In this document: piece by piece, positions 10,823 through 22,604 of the stretch
Position numbering within the stretch: the first letter of the stretch is position 1
Layout: the number at the start of each line of letters is the position of its first letter
Source of the DNA: Takakia lepidozioides
Lineage: Eukaryota > Plantae > Bryophyta
DNA: 64,000 bases
Direction of reading: 5' to 3'
Assembly: GCA_030704615.1 (NCBI GenBank)
Contig: CM060733.1
Coordinates: 21,452,001-21,516,000 of the forward strand
The notes under the pieces: generated by a model
What the model saw: the letters and a program-made list of their open reading frames with translations, nothing else
Told to the model about the DNA's origin: nothing
Database searches by the model: none
Translations under genes and position numbers: made by a program

Positions 10823-13460
10823 CTATCCCAAGCAGTGTGGACACAACCAATCTCCGTCAGGAACCTTCTCAAGAGGTGGTGTCAAGCATCCCATATGCCA
10901 ACCCCTTGAGCATCGATCACACACCAGCATGGTGGCTGCCCCTTTGGCAGACCCACAGAGCATGCACCTCAAACCTGCAGGTACCACTGCCAAGTTTGGG
11001 TCAACTCTGCCATCGACATTGGGAAGGTGACATGGCGCACAATTACGCACATGGTCCTTTCAAGTCATGCCATCCCGACCCTCCAAGATCAGGACCCCTG
11101 AGGGCAACACCTCTCGAACCCTCAGAATAACACGCCCTGCAGTAACATCCAGAGTCGTAGGAGCAGTCTGCTGCAAATAAACATAGTCACCAGGCTAAAC
11201 CTCCGAACCCCAGGACGATATCCTCCACCACGTATAGTGGCATACCTCAACGTATCACGGTGCTGTGCAATGGCAAGGTTCTCAAAAGCCATGGGCATGA
11301 CTTTCTTGAACAACTCTGCACGCTGATCACATACACGTACCCACACGTCTGGATCGTCAAGGTTAAGAACTTGAGCAGTGTCCCTACGAATGGCTGCAGG
11401 CAAATCCGGCTCTCGGCCAAAGAGAAGGAAATATGGTGAGAAGGAGGCAAGTGATGCTTGTTTGCTGAACTTGTAGCCCATGGCTAACCAAGGAACCTGA
11501 AGATCCCAATCTCCCAGATGTCCCTTCTGCAAGCCATACTTGCGCAAGTCCCTCTTCACCGTCTGAACAACTCTCTTTGCTAAGCCATCGGCCTCAGGAT
11601 GATCCCGAGAAGTGGTGCGGTGGTCTATCAAGGCTTTATCACACAAAGCCTAAAACTCCCCCAAGAACTCTCTCCCTTGGTCCGTGAGTACCTCAGCTGG
11701 AGCACCAAATCGGCTAAGCACACGATCCAAGAATGCATACGCAGCCCCCTCACTAGCCTTGTCACGCAATGGAACCAACTCAATCCACTTGGAGAAGTGC
11801 TCCACCATCACCAACACATATCTATGGTGGCGCATAGTCAGTGGCAACGGTCCTGCGAAGTCAAGACTCCACCTGTAGCCCAATCCCATGATTGGTAAAG
11901 GATGCAACTGTGGTGTAGGGGTGTTGAATGAAGCACGCACCCTGTCACACACCATGCACCTAGCCACGAACTGTTGCACCTCTGTATGCATACCACGCCA
12001 CCAATACTGCCCTTGCAGTAAATTGTGAGTGCGTCGCACTCCAAAATGCCCCAACTCCTCATGGGCATGCCGCACTAACCGTGCACGCTGTATGGGGTGA
12101 GGCACAATCCTCACCCGACCATCCTCCCACACTCGAAGTAGGTGTATCCCCTTCCACTTGAACCTCTTGGCTCGTTGCAGGATCCGATCCCTCTCCCTGG
12201 CAGTCACAGTGGCTGCCGTGTCTCCCGTGCGGAGGTAGTCCAACACAGCCGAATCCTCATGTATATCTCTGGCACCACCTGGCTCATCACTAGCCTCAGG
12301 GTCCTTAGACACTCCATCTACAGTCATCCCTATTGTAGGTCCAACCTGACCTCCTGATGCCAAGATACACAAAAATGCAGATGCGTGCCATCCCAGCACC
12401 ATCTCCTCGTCCGTCTCACCATGCCACCGAGCTCCAGTGTCATCCTGTTGGCTCATGCATGGATTGCGACTCAATCCATCTGCATCATTAACCAAACCCG
12501 GTCGATGCACAACCTGAAAGTCATACTCCTGGAGTATAAGTGCCCACCGTGCAAGCTTCCCCGTAAGCTTGTCTGACTCCATCAACCACTTGAGTGGCTG
12601 GTGATCCGTGACAAGGGTGAAACGATTGCCGTATAGATAGCACCTGAAGTGTGCCACGGCCCACACTGCAGCTAAGCACTCTCCCTCATATGAGCTGTAC
12701 TTAGCCTCTGCAGTGTTGTTCGAGCGGCTAGCATAAGCCACTACGAACTCTCTTCCATCATCATCCGCCTGTGTGAGCACCGCTCCAAGCCCCAGCATGC
12801 TCCAATCCGTATGCAGCTGAAAGGGACGCCCCCTGATAGGTCATCTCAAGATAGGCGCCGAGGTCAACCTCGCCTTGAGCTCTTGAAAAGCTTGTTCCTG
12901 CTCATCTTCCCACTGCCACTCCTGGTCCACCTTGGTCAGCTTGGTTAGAGCTTTTGCAATGGTACTAAATCCCTTGACAAACCGTCTATAATAGTTTGCC
13001 AACCCCATGAAAGCTCGAACTCGGCTCACATCCGTGGGGCGTGGAATTTGTGCAATGGCCTCTACCTTAGTCTGCTGTACCCCCAATCCTCCAGGATATA
13101 TCATGTGACCCAGATACTCAATCTGGTTGTGGAAAAACTTGCACTTCCCCGGATGCAACTTCAATCCGTGCGCTCTCAAGCGCTCCAATACCACCTGAAG
13201 GTGTCTCTCATGCTCCTCCATCGTAACACTAAAGATGATGATGTCATCTATGTAGCACCGAGCAAAGTCTACCCCTGCTAGAATCCTATCCATGACTCTC
13301 TGAAACTCTGCAGGAGCATTCTTAAGCCCAAATGGTAAGAACCGCCACTGATATAGGCAATCCTTGCCGTGCTCATTGATCCCCCAGAATGCCGTCTTCT
13401 GCTTGTCCGCCTCCTTGATTGGCAACTGGTGATATCCGGATTGTAAATCCAAAGTGCTAA
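10823..13460 (-). pseudogene. Gypsy pol: RT (N-terminally truncated), RNaseH, integrase, C-terminal PHD finger
   Basis: LDLQSGYHQ, PFGLKNAP and YIDD (12841-13452). TDWS..GLGAVL, YSSYEGECLA, TDHQPL, integrase HHCC and WSLDFAGP...TDQGREF (11650-12840). Third acidic residue degenerate (GLAKR) in 11122-11646. CMLCGS...MLVCDRCSRGWHMGCLTPPL..VPDGDWLCPHC is a PHD finger. Several stops. Confidence 0.92.
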
Positions 13461-13465
13461 ACTTC

Positions 13466-13872
13466 TGTAGCTGTCCGCGGGGGTTTCACAACCAGCCATG
13501 CCATTTTATGGCGAACCACCACGAAAACCCTCGACTCCCGGTGATGAGTCGCGGTGAGTCTTGGCCCACTCACCACGGCCCCTATGGACCGTGATGAGTC
13601 CCAAGACTCCCCACGACTCCCACCACGAGGTCTCAGCCCCCATGGTGAGTTCTATGTCCCGCTAAGCTACTAAGCTACCACCCCCTTGTGGAGCCACCCC
13701 TACCGCAACCCGGTGTGCGGGGCTCCACCTAGTGAACGCCTCCGCCTCCTTGAGTGCCTTGGGCACTCAAGGGTGCTTCAGCCCCCCATACCTATCGCTG
13801 CCGCTGCCCCCACCACAGGGGCAGCCCCTCATGTGTCCCGACCCCCTGCCCTCAAGGCAAAGGGCCGTGACA
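13466..13872. mobile_element. Solo LTR of a second LTR family, replacing the protease and RT N-terminus of the host element
   Basis: Bounded TG...GTGACA. Same sequence occurs at 35713-35932 and 37606-37714. No TSD; the host protease region is missing. Confidence 0.7.
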
Positions 13873-13924
13873 CACAGATGTGGCCGCTCCTAGCAGCACA
13901 CTAGCTGCCGTAGCCTTGGCAACA

Positions 13925-15749
13925 CTAGGTAGTGGTGCTACCCGTGTAGCTCTCCCCAATGGCATAGTACCTCCGCCTCGGTAACAGTCGGGCGAGAACT
14001 AGGTGCCATGGATGGCGTCGACACTGTCTCCGCCAATGTGAATGACTGAGGAAGCCTAGCTTGACGGCTTGCCTCCCACGCTGTGGATCCAACTCCACCT
14101 CTGCACCTCGTGGCTCAGGAACTCGTGCTGCTCCTCGAGTCACGGCTGCAGCAGACTCCACCTGCACTAGTGGTAGTGCTACTCCACACATGAATCCCAT
14201 GCCTCCCATATCTCCTCCCTCAAGAGCAGGAGGTGGACCATCCGGCCTTAGAGCCGGTACCACCTGAGCTGTAGCCATGGCAGCGAGCCTCTGCTCTAGC
14301 TGCTGAAGCCGGTTGGCCATGCCTTTGTCAACACCCTGACCTCCGCGTCCTTGGCCATGTTGAGCTTGCCCTTGGCCTGCACCTCGTGGCTGGCCACCTC
14401 GTCCTCTCTGGGCTGCTCCACCTCGCCCCCGGCCACCATTGTTCCCTTGGAACTGGTCTGGGCGCACCTTAGGATGCAAACCATAACACTGGGCCTCTCC
14501 ATGCCCGTGCTTGCCACAATGCCTACACTGCAACTGTGCAGGCTGTGCATGTGCCGGCCCTTTGCCTCCCTCTGGGCAATCCTTCTTGACATGGGGTCCT
14601 CCACATGTCCAACACACGATATCCGCCCGTTGTTGGCCAGCAAATGAAGGGAGAGACCCCTGCATCTGAGGTCCTCTCTGCCCTTCCCTGAGCTTCACCT
14701 GAGCCCCCTTGTTGCCTTGAGCACGTTGAGGTAGTGGTTGGCTAGGAGCACCACTACCCCGTGGTGTCTCCTTAGCAAATCCCACCATGACCACTCGTTC
14801 CTCCACCATGTTGAGCTCTATCCGCTCTGCCAACAAAAACACATTTGCTAAGGTGGGTTGGGCTGCTTGTAGGAGAGTTGCATCCCGTACCCTTCTCCTC
14901 AGCTCCTTGTCCAATATCCCATACCAGAATTGGACTGCCTGAGCTTCCGTAACCCCTTGGGTTACATTTATCAAGCGCCTCATGCGAGTGAAAGCCTCCC
15001 TCAAGCTCTCGGTCGGCTTCCGTTGGAACTCTTGCAAGCTCAGCAACTTCTTTGTCCTCACCCCTTGGTAGTTCCCTCTCAACTCTTCGAAGAACTCCAC
15101 AACAGGGTTGAAGGCAGGCACGGGTACTAGTGCTGGTGCGGTAGTGGCTTCAGTGGACGTCGAAGCTACTGTACCACCAGTCCCACTAGTCCCACTGCTA
15201 CTCGCTGAAGCTGCCGGTGCAGCGGCAGGTGTAGCCACTGCCCTCGTGGCTCTAGTGCCCCTAGTGATGGAGACATAGTCGGGTGACCAGTACATCCTCC
15301 ACTCCTCGATCTCAACCTCATGCCCCCGCCTGAACTCATGGTAATCATCCATAGGCGGCCCCTCAAGGTGCTGAAACAACCCCTTCCATGCCATGAAAGC
15401 GTAAATAGTTGTGGATTGCGCATTTGCTGCAAATCACACTAACTATCAAACTCTTGGATAAAATCATCCAACTCGATGGTGCCCACCGCCCCAGAGTACC
15501 TTCGTGGCCCCTTGGTAGCTCCATACATCTCCTCCATTGTGTCCCACAACAATGGCAAAGAAACAACCGGTATGAGTCCGCCGGTATGAGTCCTCCTGAT
15601 TCACAATCCGAATCATAACCTTCCGTAGAAAACACAGGAGGTGAAGGTGGCCTAAACCGCACACCTTGTCTCATGTACCCACTAGTATTGCTAGTGCTCG
15701 AACCGGCACTGTCCCCAGCAACTAGTGGCACCTCCGTGTTGACACTCAA
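13925..15749 (-). CDS. Gypsy gag (frameshifted) with two zinc knuckles
   Basis: FQRKPTESLREAFTRM (major homology region), CWTCGGPHVKKDC, CRHCGKHGHGEAQC and an RGG-rich tail. Confidence 0.85.
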
Positions 15750-16459
15750 CCGGTCATGAACATGTCCCTAACCCCCTCTCCACAAGGTAACCGGGTAGAG
15801 AACCTGTTGCGGCTTATGGTTTGGAATACTAAGTTCCTAACATAGCCTACACCTGTACCTGCATCCACCGCAAGCACTCCTATGGTTGGCTGGTCATCAC
15901 CTCCAACCTCACCATAGGAGAAACAATGATGGTCTGGCTGGTCATCACCCCAGCCTCACCATCGACAGCATGTTCTAGGACTGGCCGGTGATCAAATCCG
16001 GACCAATCACCTATAAAAACAAGCGGCCACACAAAACTAGCATGGCGCACAGTCAAGCATGCAGGTATGGAGGGGATCCAAACACAAGAAATCAGAACGA
16101 CAACTCCCCCACACCAAAAACAACTCCACAGTGTTGCTCCTGCAAGGACACCCTAGCCCAAACCCGGACTGACTCTTGCCTCCACCTACGGAAAGGTCTT
16201 GGCCTAATGAGAGGGTGGAAACTACGAGGAAGAGAAGCTAAAGCAATGCCTAACCCCAACATGCCCTCATCCCAACACTCTTCCTCTCCTCCCTTCCCTC
16301 ACTTGCATGACTATGGGAATATCATGAAGATACTCCTCAAACCGCCCTCCACGAGCTTCAAAATTCGGCCTTCAAGACCACATATCAGTCCTTAGGCAGT
16401 CCACCAGTGCCTCCATGAGTCAGCACAGGCCGTCCACAAGTCAACACGGGCCACCACAG

Positions 16460-17285
16460 ACCAGCACAGGCCCACACAGCTCACAGGCCACAGCCTGTCA
16501 CAGCCCTACACAGCCCTACACAGGTCACAGGGTCACAGCCCCAAAGGCCACATGTCACAGCCTGTCACAGCCCTACACAGCCCTACACAGGTCACAGGGT
16601 CACAGCCCCAAAGGCCACATGTCACAGCCTGTCACAGCCCTACAAAGGTCACAGGGTCACAGCCCCAAAGGCCACAACCTATCATAGCCCCTCACAGCCC
16701 CATAGGCCACAGGGCACAGCCTATCACAGCCCGACACAGGTCACATGGGTCACAGCCCCAAAGGCCACATCCCCTCACAGCCCCTCACAGCCCCATAGGC
16801 CACTGGGCACAGCCTGTCACAGCCCGCCACAGCCTGTCACAACCCCTCACAGCCCGTCAGAGCCCCACAGGCCACTAGGCACAGCCTCTCACAGCCCCTC
16901 ACAGCCCATCACAGCCCCAAAGGCCACGGGCATAGCCTGTCACAGCCCGTCACAGCCCCAAAGGCCAAGGGCGCAGCCCGTCACAGCCCGAAGGCCACTG
17001 ACACAGCCCGTCACAGCCCGTCACAGCCTGTCACAGCCCCAAAAGGCCACCGGCACAGCCCCTCACAGCCCATCACAGCCCCCAAGGCCACCGGCGCAGC
17101 CCGTCACAGGCCCTCACAGCCCGTCATAGCCCCGAAGGCCACCGGCACAGGCCCTCACAGGCCCTCACAGCCCGTCACAGCCCCGAAGGCCACCGGCATA
17201 GCCCGGCACAGCCCCTCGCAGCCCGTCACAGCCCTGAGCCACCGGCGCAGCACGTCACAGCCCCTCACAGCCCGTCACAGCCCCA
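16460..17285. repeat. Minisatellite built from (GT)CACAGCC motifs in the gypsy 5' leader
   Basis: Dozens of degenerate cacagcc/gtcacagccc units. Confidence 0.9.
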
Positions 17286-17754
17286 TCCATGGCCGCTCTG
17301 GCAGTTTAGCCATTTCTCCAAGGGGTTTAGCCACGCCAAGCTAGGGTTTGTGTCTCTTGGACTCTAAGCTTCTTTCCACCGAGCTATGGCGGCTGTGAGG
17401 AAATCAGCAAGGTATTCTTGCTCTTTTGGCTCCCACACACCACCATAGTAGCCCTAAGCCATGAGGTGGTTGCCACAAACCAAGCCTTCTTTCTCACTTA
17501 GCCTCCCCAAACACGCCACTAAACTCAATGGCAAACAACCAAGCCCTGTTGGTTCCCAGCCCTTGTGAGCACTCATTCAAGCACTCTCCTTGGCCATAGC
17601 ATCTATCTTAGAGCCTATTCCAGCCCCCTACACCTGTTGCTTCAAGAGTTGCGCTCCCTTCAAGCTTGAAGTTGAAACCCCAACTCACATAGGCCCTACA
17701 AGTGCTTTTCTTTCACTCCAAGTGGAAACCAGCCCTAGACCTTCCATTCTAGCT

Positions 17755-18130
17755 CTCTAAAGCTTGAAAACAAGAGCCTCAATGGGCTGAAGGCATGCTC
17801 CACACATGCCCCACTCTCACCATAAGAGAATCAGCTCCTTTGCTTCATTTCTTGCACCCACAAACCTGAAAATACAAGCTTCAGCAGGCTGAAAGCATGC
17901 TCCACATGCCCTACAGGGAAACCAGCCCCTTCCTTCCTTTCTTGCACTCCCACACCTGAAAGTGCAAGCCTTCACCAGGCTGATAGCATGCTCCACACAT
18001 GCATTGCCCTCACATAAGGGAAGTCAACCTTTCCCTCTTCCTTGCTTGCCCTCCAAGCTTGAAGATGGAAGCTTCAATGAGCTGAATACATGCTCCACAC
18101 ATGCAACCTCTTCACACAAGAGATATGAGC
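17755..18130. repeat. About four degenerate ~90-115 bp tandem units in the gypsy leader
   Basis: Recurrent gctga..gcatgctccacacatgc core near 17790, 17890, 17980 and 18080. Confidence 0.7.
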
Positions 18131-18834
18131 CCCCTATCTTGGCTCCTTGGCTCCTTGATGCAAGTCACAGTTATCGGGAGCTCCAACTTCAAGCTCATAA
18201 GGAGGTATGAGTGAAGAGAGATGGCTGATTTCTCTTGTATGCAAGCCAATGCATTTGTGGCTATGTTGAGTTGGGGGTTTCAATCTGAAACTCCAGCGGT
18301 ATGAGGGCTCTTGCCATGGCAAGAGCGGGGCTGGAACAGGAGCTAAGAGGTGCGGCAAGGCCATGGAATGTGCACCTAGGGTTTCAGAGCTTGGAAGAAA
18401 AGTTCTTGCACCACAAGAGGAGTGTCTTGTGGCTGGAAATGTAAGCCTTAGGGTTTCAGGAGCTTGGCAAGGGCTGTGGAGTGCTTAGTCTTGTCTTAGA
18501 TCTCTAACACCCTCGCAGCTCCACATTGTTGCAGCTCCTTAACTTGGCCTGCAGCTGAAGAAGACGACCACCAGTTCACCCACTCGAGACCAGCATCTCC
18601 CCCGCTTCACACTAGAAGCCCAAACTTGGTTGCCATAGCGTTGAGCTATGCAACGCCGCTGTTCAACATAGGCTACCCGCCTCTCTATCCATTGCAAACC
18701 TGCAATCTGTTCGCCTTTGCACTCTATCCACTTTTGATAGGCTCATGCACGGATCCCTGCACTCTAGGCTGAACCACTTCTCATGAAAACACAAGTGCTA
18801 CAAAACAACTCGAACCTGGCACTCACAGACTCGA

Positions 18835-18850
18835 GCTGATCTTTCTCGAG
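18835..18850 (-). promoter_or_regulatory. Self-priming-type primer binding site
   Basis: gctgatctttctcgag abuts B1 and is a 15/16 inverted repeat of ctcgagaaagatgagc at 19016-19031 inside B. There is no tRNA-type TGG. Confidence 0.75.
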
Positions 18851-19177
18851 TGATAAAGAAGAAGAATACAAGTACAAGCTCATGCGAGCTCACAAAGCTG
18901 AAGCATAAACTCATGCATATATAAACTCATCACTCAAATACAAGTCAAGCCAAGTGCACCCCACGCCATGGGGAATCCACACTACGGCGCCATAGCTAGG
19001 CACGGTGAGGCTCAACTCGAGAAAGATGAGCCTCTCGCGCTTGCCGTGAAGATAACCACTCCAAGGCCTAAATCTGCCTTGACCCCTGGATTGACACTTG
19101 GGCCAATCCCAAATGTCAATATGTAAAAGCTAGTTATTTCCTAGCTAGTTTCACACTAGCGGTAAAATAACTTGACA
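18851..19177 (-). repeat. Repeat B1 (element 5' end)
   Basis: Reads TGTCAAG...TTATCA on the minus strand; copy of 10071-10397. Confidence 0.95.
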
Positions 19178-20105
19178 CTTATTTGGGCATCCGTGGCGAT
19201 ATTAGTGTGCCAAAAAAGGTTAGATAATTTATGGTGCAGTACCTCCGATTGTGTCCAGTTCTGGACGTGTAGTTTAGTGTGGTTAGCGGAGGTCGAGGCT
19301 TGCTTGTGGGCTTCACGAGTAAGGGTGGATGAGATATTGCGAATAGGGTGGGGCTCTGTGGGACTTGGAACTGGGTGGATGAACCAGAATGGGTGCGTAT
19401 GGGCGACGTGTATAGGGTCTGACGTAGGGTTCACCTCGGGGCAGGTGGCCCCATGTTGGGTGAAGAGGTCAGCCATGTCGTTACCAGTGATGCCAGTGTG
19501 TGAACGGACTTTGATAAAGTAGATGGGTTGGTCTAGGAGATGGCAAGGTGGGCAATGGCAGAGATAAGGTTCCGGTCGGAATGGTAGTGGTGAGAGGAGG
19601 GTCGGGAGAGATGGTTACGGATGAGAAAGAGTGAGGTGAGACTGTCAGTAAAGATATAGTGGGGTGGGGAAAATGAGGAGAGTTGGGTAATGGCATTATG
19701 TATGGCCATGAGCTTCGCGCGGAGGATGGTGGCCGGACCAGGGAGGCGTAAGGCGACTCCTTGGTTGGTAGCGGCATGGTTGATGTCATATCCAGCCGGG
19801 GGCGAGCAATGAGGGAGCCATCCGTGTAGTGGGAATGGGCAGGTGGATATTTAAGAGGGAGTTTCTCTCGGGATACCGGAGGATCAGTGGGGATGGATAA
19901 GGTAGGGGAGATAGGTGGGCGGGTAAGCATTTGGGACCACGTTTTAGACGCTTTAATGTGGGGAAAGAGGCAAGGGGTGCTGGGGAGGGGAGTGGGGTTA
20001 GGGAAAATTTTGGCCTTCAGGCCATGCGTGTTTGTAAGGAGGTGGAAGAGGCGGGATGGGAAATTGTTGGGTATAATGGTAGATACAAACACGGGGTCAG
20101 AGAGA
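19178..20105 (-). mobile_element. LINE copy 1, upstream part (RNase H domain), 5'-truncated
   Basis: HYTDGS, TILRA(E)L.AI, IFTDSLTSL and KVRSHTGITGNDMAD across frameshifts. Confidence 0.8.
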
Positions 20106-20109
20106 GAGA

Positions 20110-21559
20110 AAAGACTCCGGCCGAAGCCGGCGTAACTAAGAGCCACTTCGCCTTGCGGCTACTACCCCCTGTGAAAGAACTGTTGTCCAGGGGACATGGG
20201 GTGACCAGGGGGTAATGATACCTAGGGTACATCAGTGTTTTTTTTTTCAAATTTGGAAAATAACAAGAATTGCTACTGAGTTTTGCAGGAAATAGCCTTT
20301 TTCTATTCATCCACTGAAATTTGGACAGAATCATCCTCATTTGTACTTTCATCCATGTATATCATCCAATATTCATTTTTTTTTTTGAGGTCGAAAAAGT
20401 GCGAAATTTTGCCAGATTTAAAAATATTGGGGTACATGGGGTACTCGGGGGTACCAACGAGGGGTTATATTCGAGTTGTCGCTTATTGGTAATAATGGCG
20501 GTGAGGTGTATAGCTTTAAAGCATCGTGGATCGGGGGGATATGGATGTGAAGGTTGTTGTGCAATGCGTCTATACTGGCATAATAGATACCGCCTCTAGT
20601 TTCGGCCGTGATGACCGAGAGGGGGCCGGTGTGCCATCCGCGCTGGCGGATAGGGAGAATGAGTGAGGCATATTTTTGTCGTTTTTCCAAGGTGGAGGAG
20701 GCTGGGTATTGGTCATGACAATATGTGAATTCGACGAAGTGGATAATGAGATCCGTGGATGGAGAGGTGGGTGGGGTGACATTGATGGGTAAACCCTAGG
20801 CAAGTAGGATGTCAGGGCAGAGCCAGGAGGGGCATGTGCATGGTGAACGTGGGCAGGTACACAGGAGGAGCCAGTGGGGGACAGTGTGATCAAAGGGTCT
20901 ACCTTGGACGTAGGTGCCAACATTGATGAATGAGAACCATCTGGTTTCAGGGCGATTCATGAGAAGTTTGTGAATGTGCCAGACTGCGTGGTTATGGCGA
21001 GCGATGCGGAAGCCATGTATAACGAGGTGAGTACATTGGCTGAGAAGGTGGGGCAGGTGTCGCTTACTTGATGTGTATATGAGCATAGCGGGCAGTTGGG
21101 GGATGGAAACAAGCGTGACCGAAAGATGTGTTTGCGTTGGTGGCCCATGTATTGAGCGTAGCGAAATTTGAGTGTTTGTCGGATCTGTGCGTCGGAAGCA
21201 GCCTTAGTGTGCCAGAAGTAGTTAGAAAGCTTATGATGAAGCACGGTCTAGCTGTTCTGAGCGAAACCGTTGTCTATTTTAGCTGCCCATTATGGATGGT
21301 TCTGGGGTGACCTCCTGTTGTATGGGCAATGACAGGGCTGATCTACTCGACGCTCAGTAGGGGGTAGCCAAACCCCCACTGGACCCGACGGCTGACCCTA
21401 TTCACATTGCCCATACTCACCTATTTTGGCTTATACATCCTGTACCAGAACCCCCGATAACCAAACCCATACGTAACCTGCAAACCACTCTCACCTGTGA
21501 AGCTAACAAACAAGCCTCAGCATCCATCAGCCACACAAAAGGTCCATATCCAAACTGAA
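20110..21559 (-). mobile_element. LINE copy 2 (RLE-type), 5'-truncated, with an inverted 5' segment at 21324-21559
   Basis: Minus strand: VLHHKLSNYFWH...NCPLC...DTCPHLLSQC...ARHNHAV...LCPDIL...EFTYCHD...QKYA. Plus strand: GNDRADLL...DPIHIAHTH.FW.IHPVP...PYPN matches the segment just upstream in copy 1. Confidence 0.8.
20233..20429. mobile_element. hAT-type MITE (197 bp) with 8-bp TSD GGGTACAT
   Basis: Termini CAGTGTTTTT...AAAAATATTG (8/10 TIR match); TSD at 20225-20232 and 20430-20437. Confidence 0.85.
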
Positions 21560-22604
21560 GTGTCTATATACTTTTGTGGGATGATGATTCATCTTAGGAT
21601 GGAATTCTAACTATCAGATTTTCGACCATGTTGCATCCAACTTGATTTCAAAGTCTGACAATCAGTTGCCCAACTTCCTCCTCAATTTACCAGCAAAATT
21701 TACAGTAAGCGCAAATCTGGCAACTGGTCAGATTACAGATATTTTAATAATCCAACATGAAGGTATCTTCAGCAAATCAATTGGGTTGCTACTATCTCCC
21801 TGCAATTGTACCCAGATGCAGCCTCCCTATAATGTCTATATACAACCTCTTTATTTCTCTTTAGACAAATTTATCCTGGTGAGGACTGACTTCTTTGTCT
21901 TATGGGATGCAGGGAGAGAGAAGGAGAGTAGTGCTCATGAATGTGGTCACATAATACTGAAGAACAACGGCTTGGAAGTAGGGTGCGGAGACAGAAGGCT
22001 AAGGCTGCCTCTCTCACGCTTCAAAAACGAGGAGGACATTGTATAGCTCTCCTGGTTCTAAGTAAGTACAATTCGGCTTGGTGGACGGCCCATTGTAGCC
22101 CATGATGGCTTTACAACCCACCTTGATGAGGACGAAGAATCAGTTTTTTCGGGGTAAAGAGCGGGACTCCCCTTCCTTTTGGGGAGAGCTCTAACGAACC
22201 ATACACATTGACATTCCAAGTATACTTCTGAATCAAGTCGGGTAGCATATCTATGAAGTGATCAACTTCATAATGGAGATCAACTGTGCCATCCCTTTCC
22301 TCAAGAGCTACAAAGGAGCCACCCACATTTTGGCTTGGGACACTGCCAAACTGTGTCCTGCACTGACTCCCTCATGCATTTATTGTCACACGCTAGAGAT
22401 TTTCTCCAGGATGCCACCACATCGCCCTGCACTCATCTCTTCGCTCTTGTAAAGATCAACCACTTTTGGAGATGGTGGTGCACAATGTAGTATTAGTCAA
22501 TCAACTACACAATTTAACAATCCTGTAGCAAATTCTTTCTTGTGATCAGTATAGGGAGGCAACAATGAGGGTGATAAAGCTTCTAGCTGTCTTTGTTGGG
22601 TCAG

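Larger units (their letters stand above)
9841..19177 (-). mobile_element. Ty3/gypsy retrotransposon with split direct repeats (B...A-B-A), PHD-bearing integrase and 4-bp TSD CTTA, inserted in LINE copy 1
   Basis: Termini are TG...CA. CTTA at 9837-9840 and 19178-19181; removing the element restores the LINE reading ATDAQIRQTLKF. Domain order gag, RT (YIDD), RNaseH, integrase. Confidence 0.92.

Noticed and set aside
16415-16878. His/Ser/Pro-rich ORFs
   Set aside because: They are translations of the CACAGCC minisatellite.
9841-19177. DIRS/PAT/Ngaro tyrosine-recombinase retroelement
   Set aside because: The repeat layout is similar, but the element encodes an HHCC-DDE integrase and has TG...CA ends and a TSD; no tyrosine-recombinase motif was seen.
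9098-20229. CCTAGGGTA as the TSD of LINE copy 1
   Set aside because: Once the MITE is removed, it is homologous 3' sequence shared by both LINE copies.
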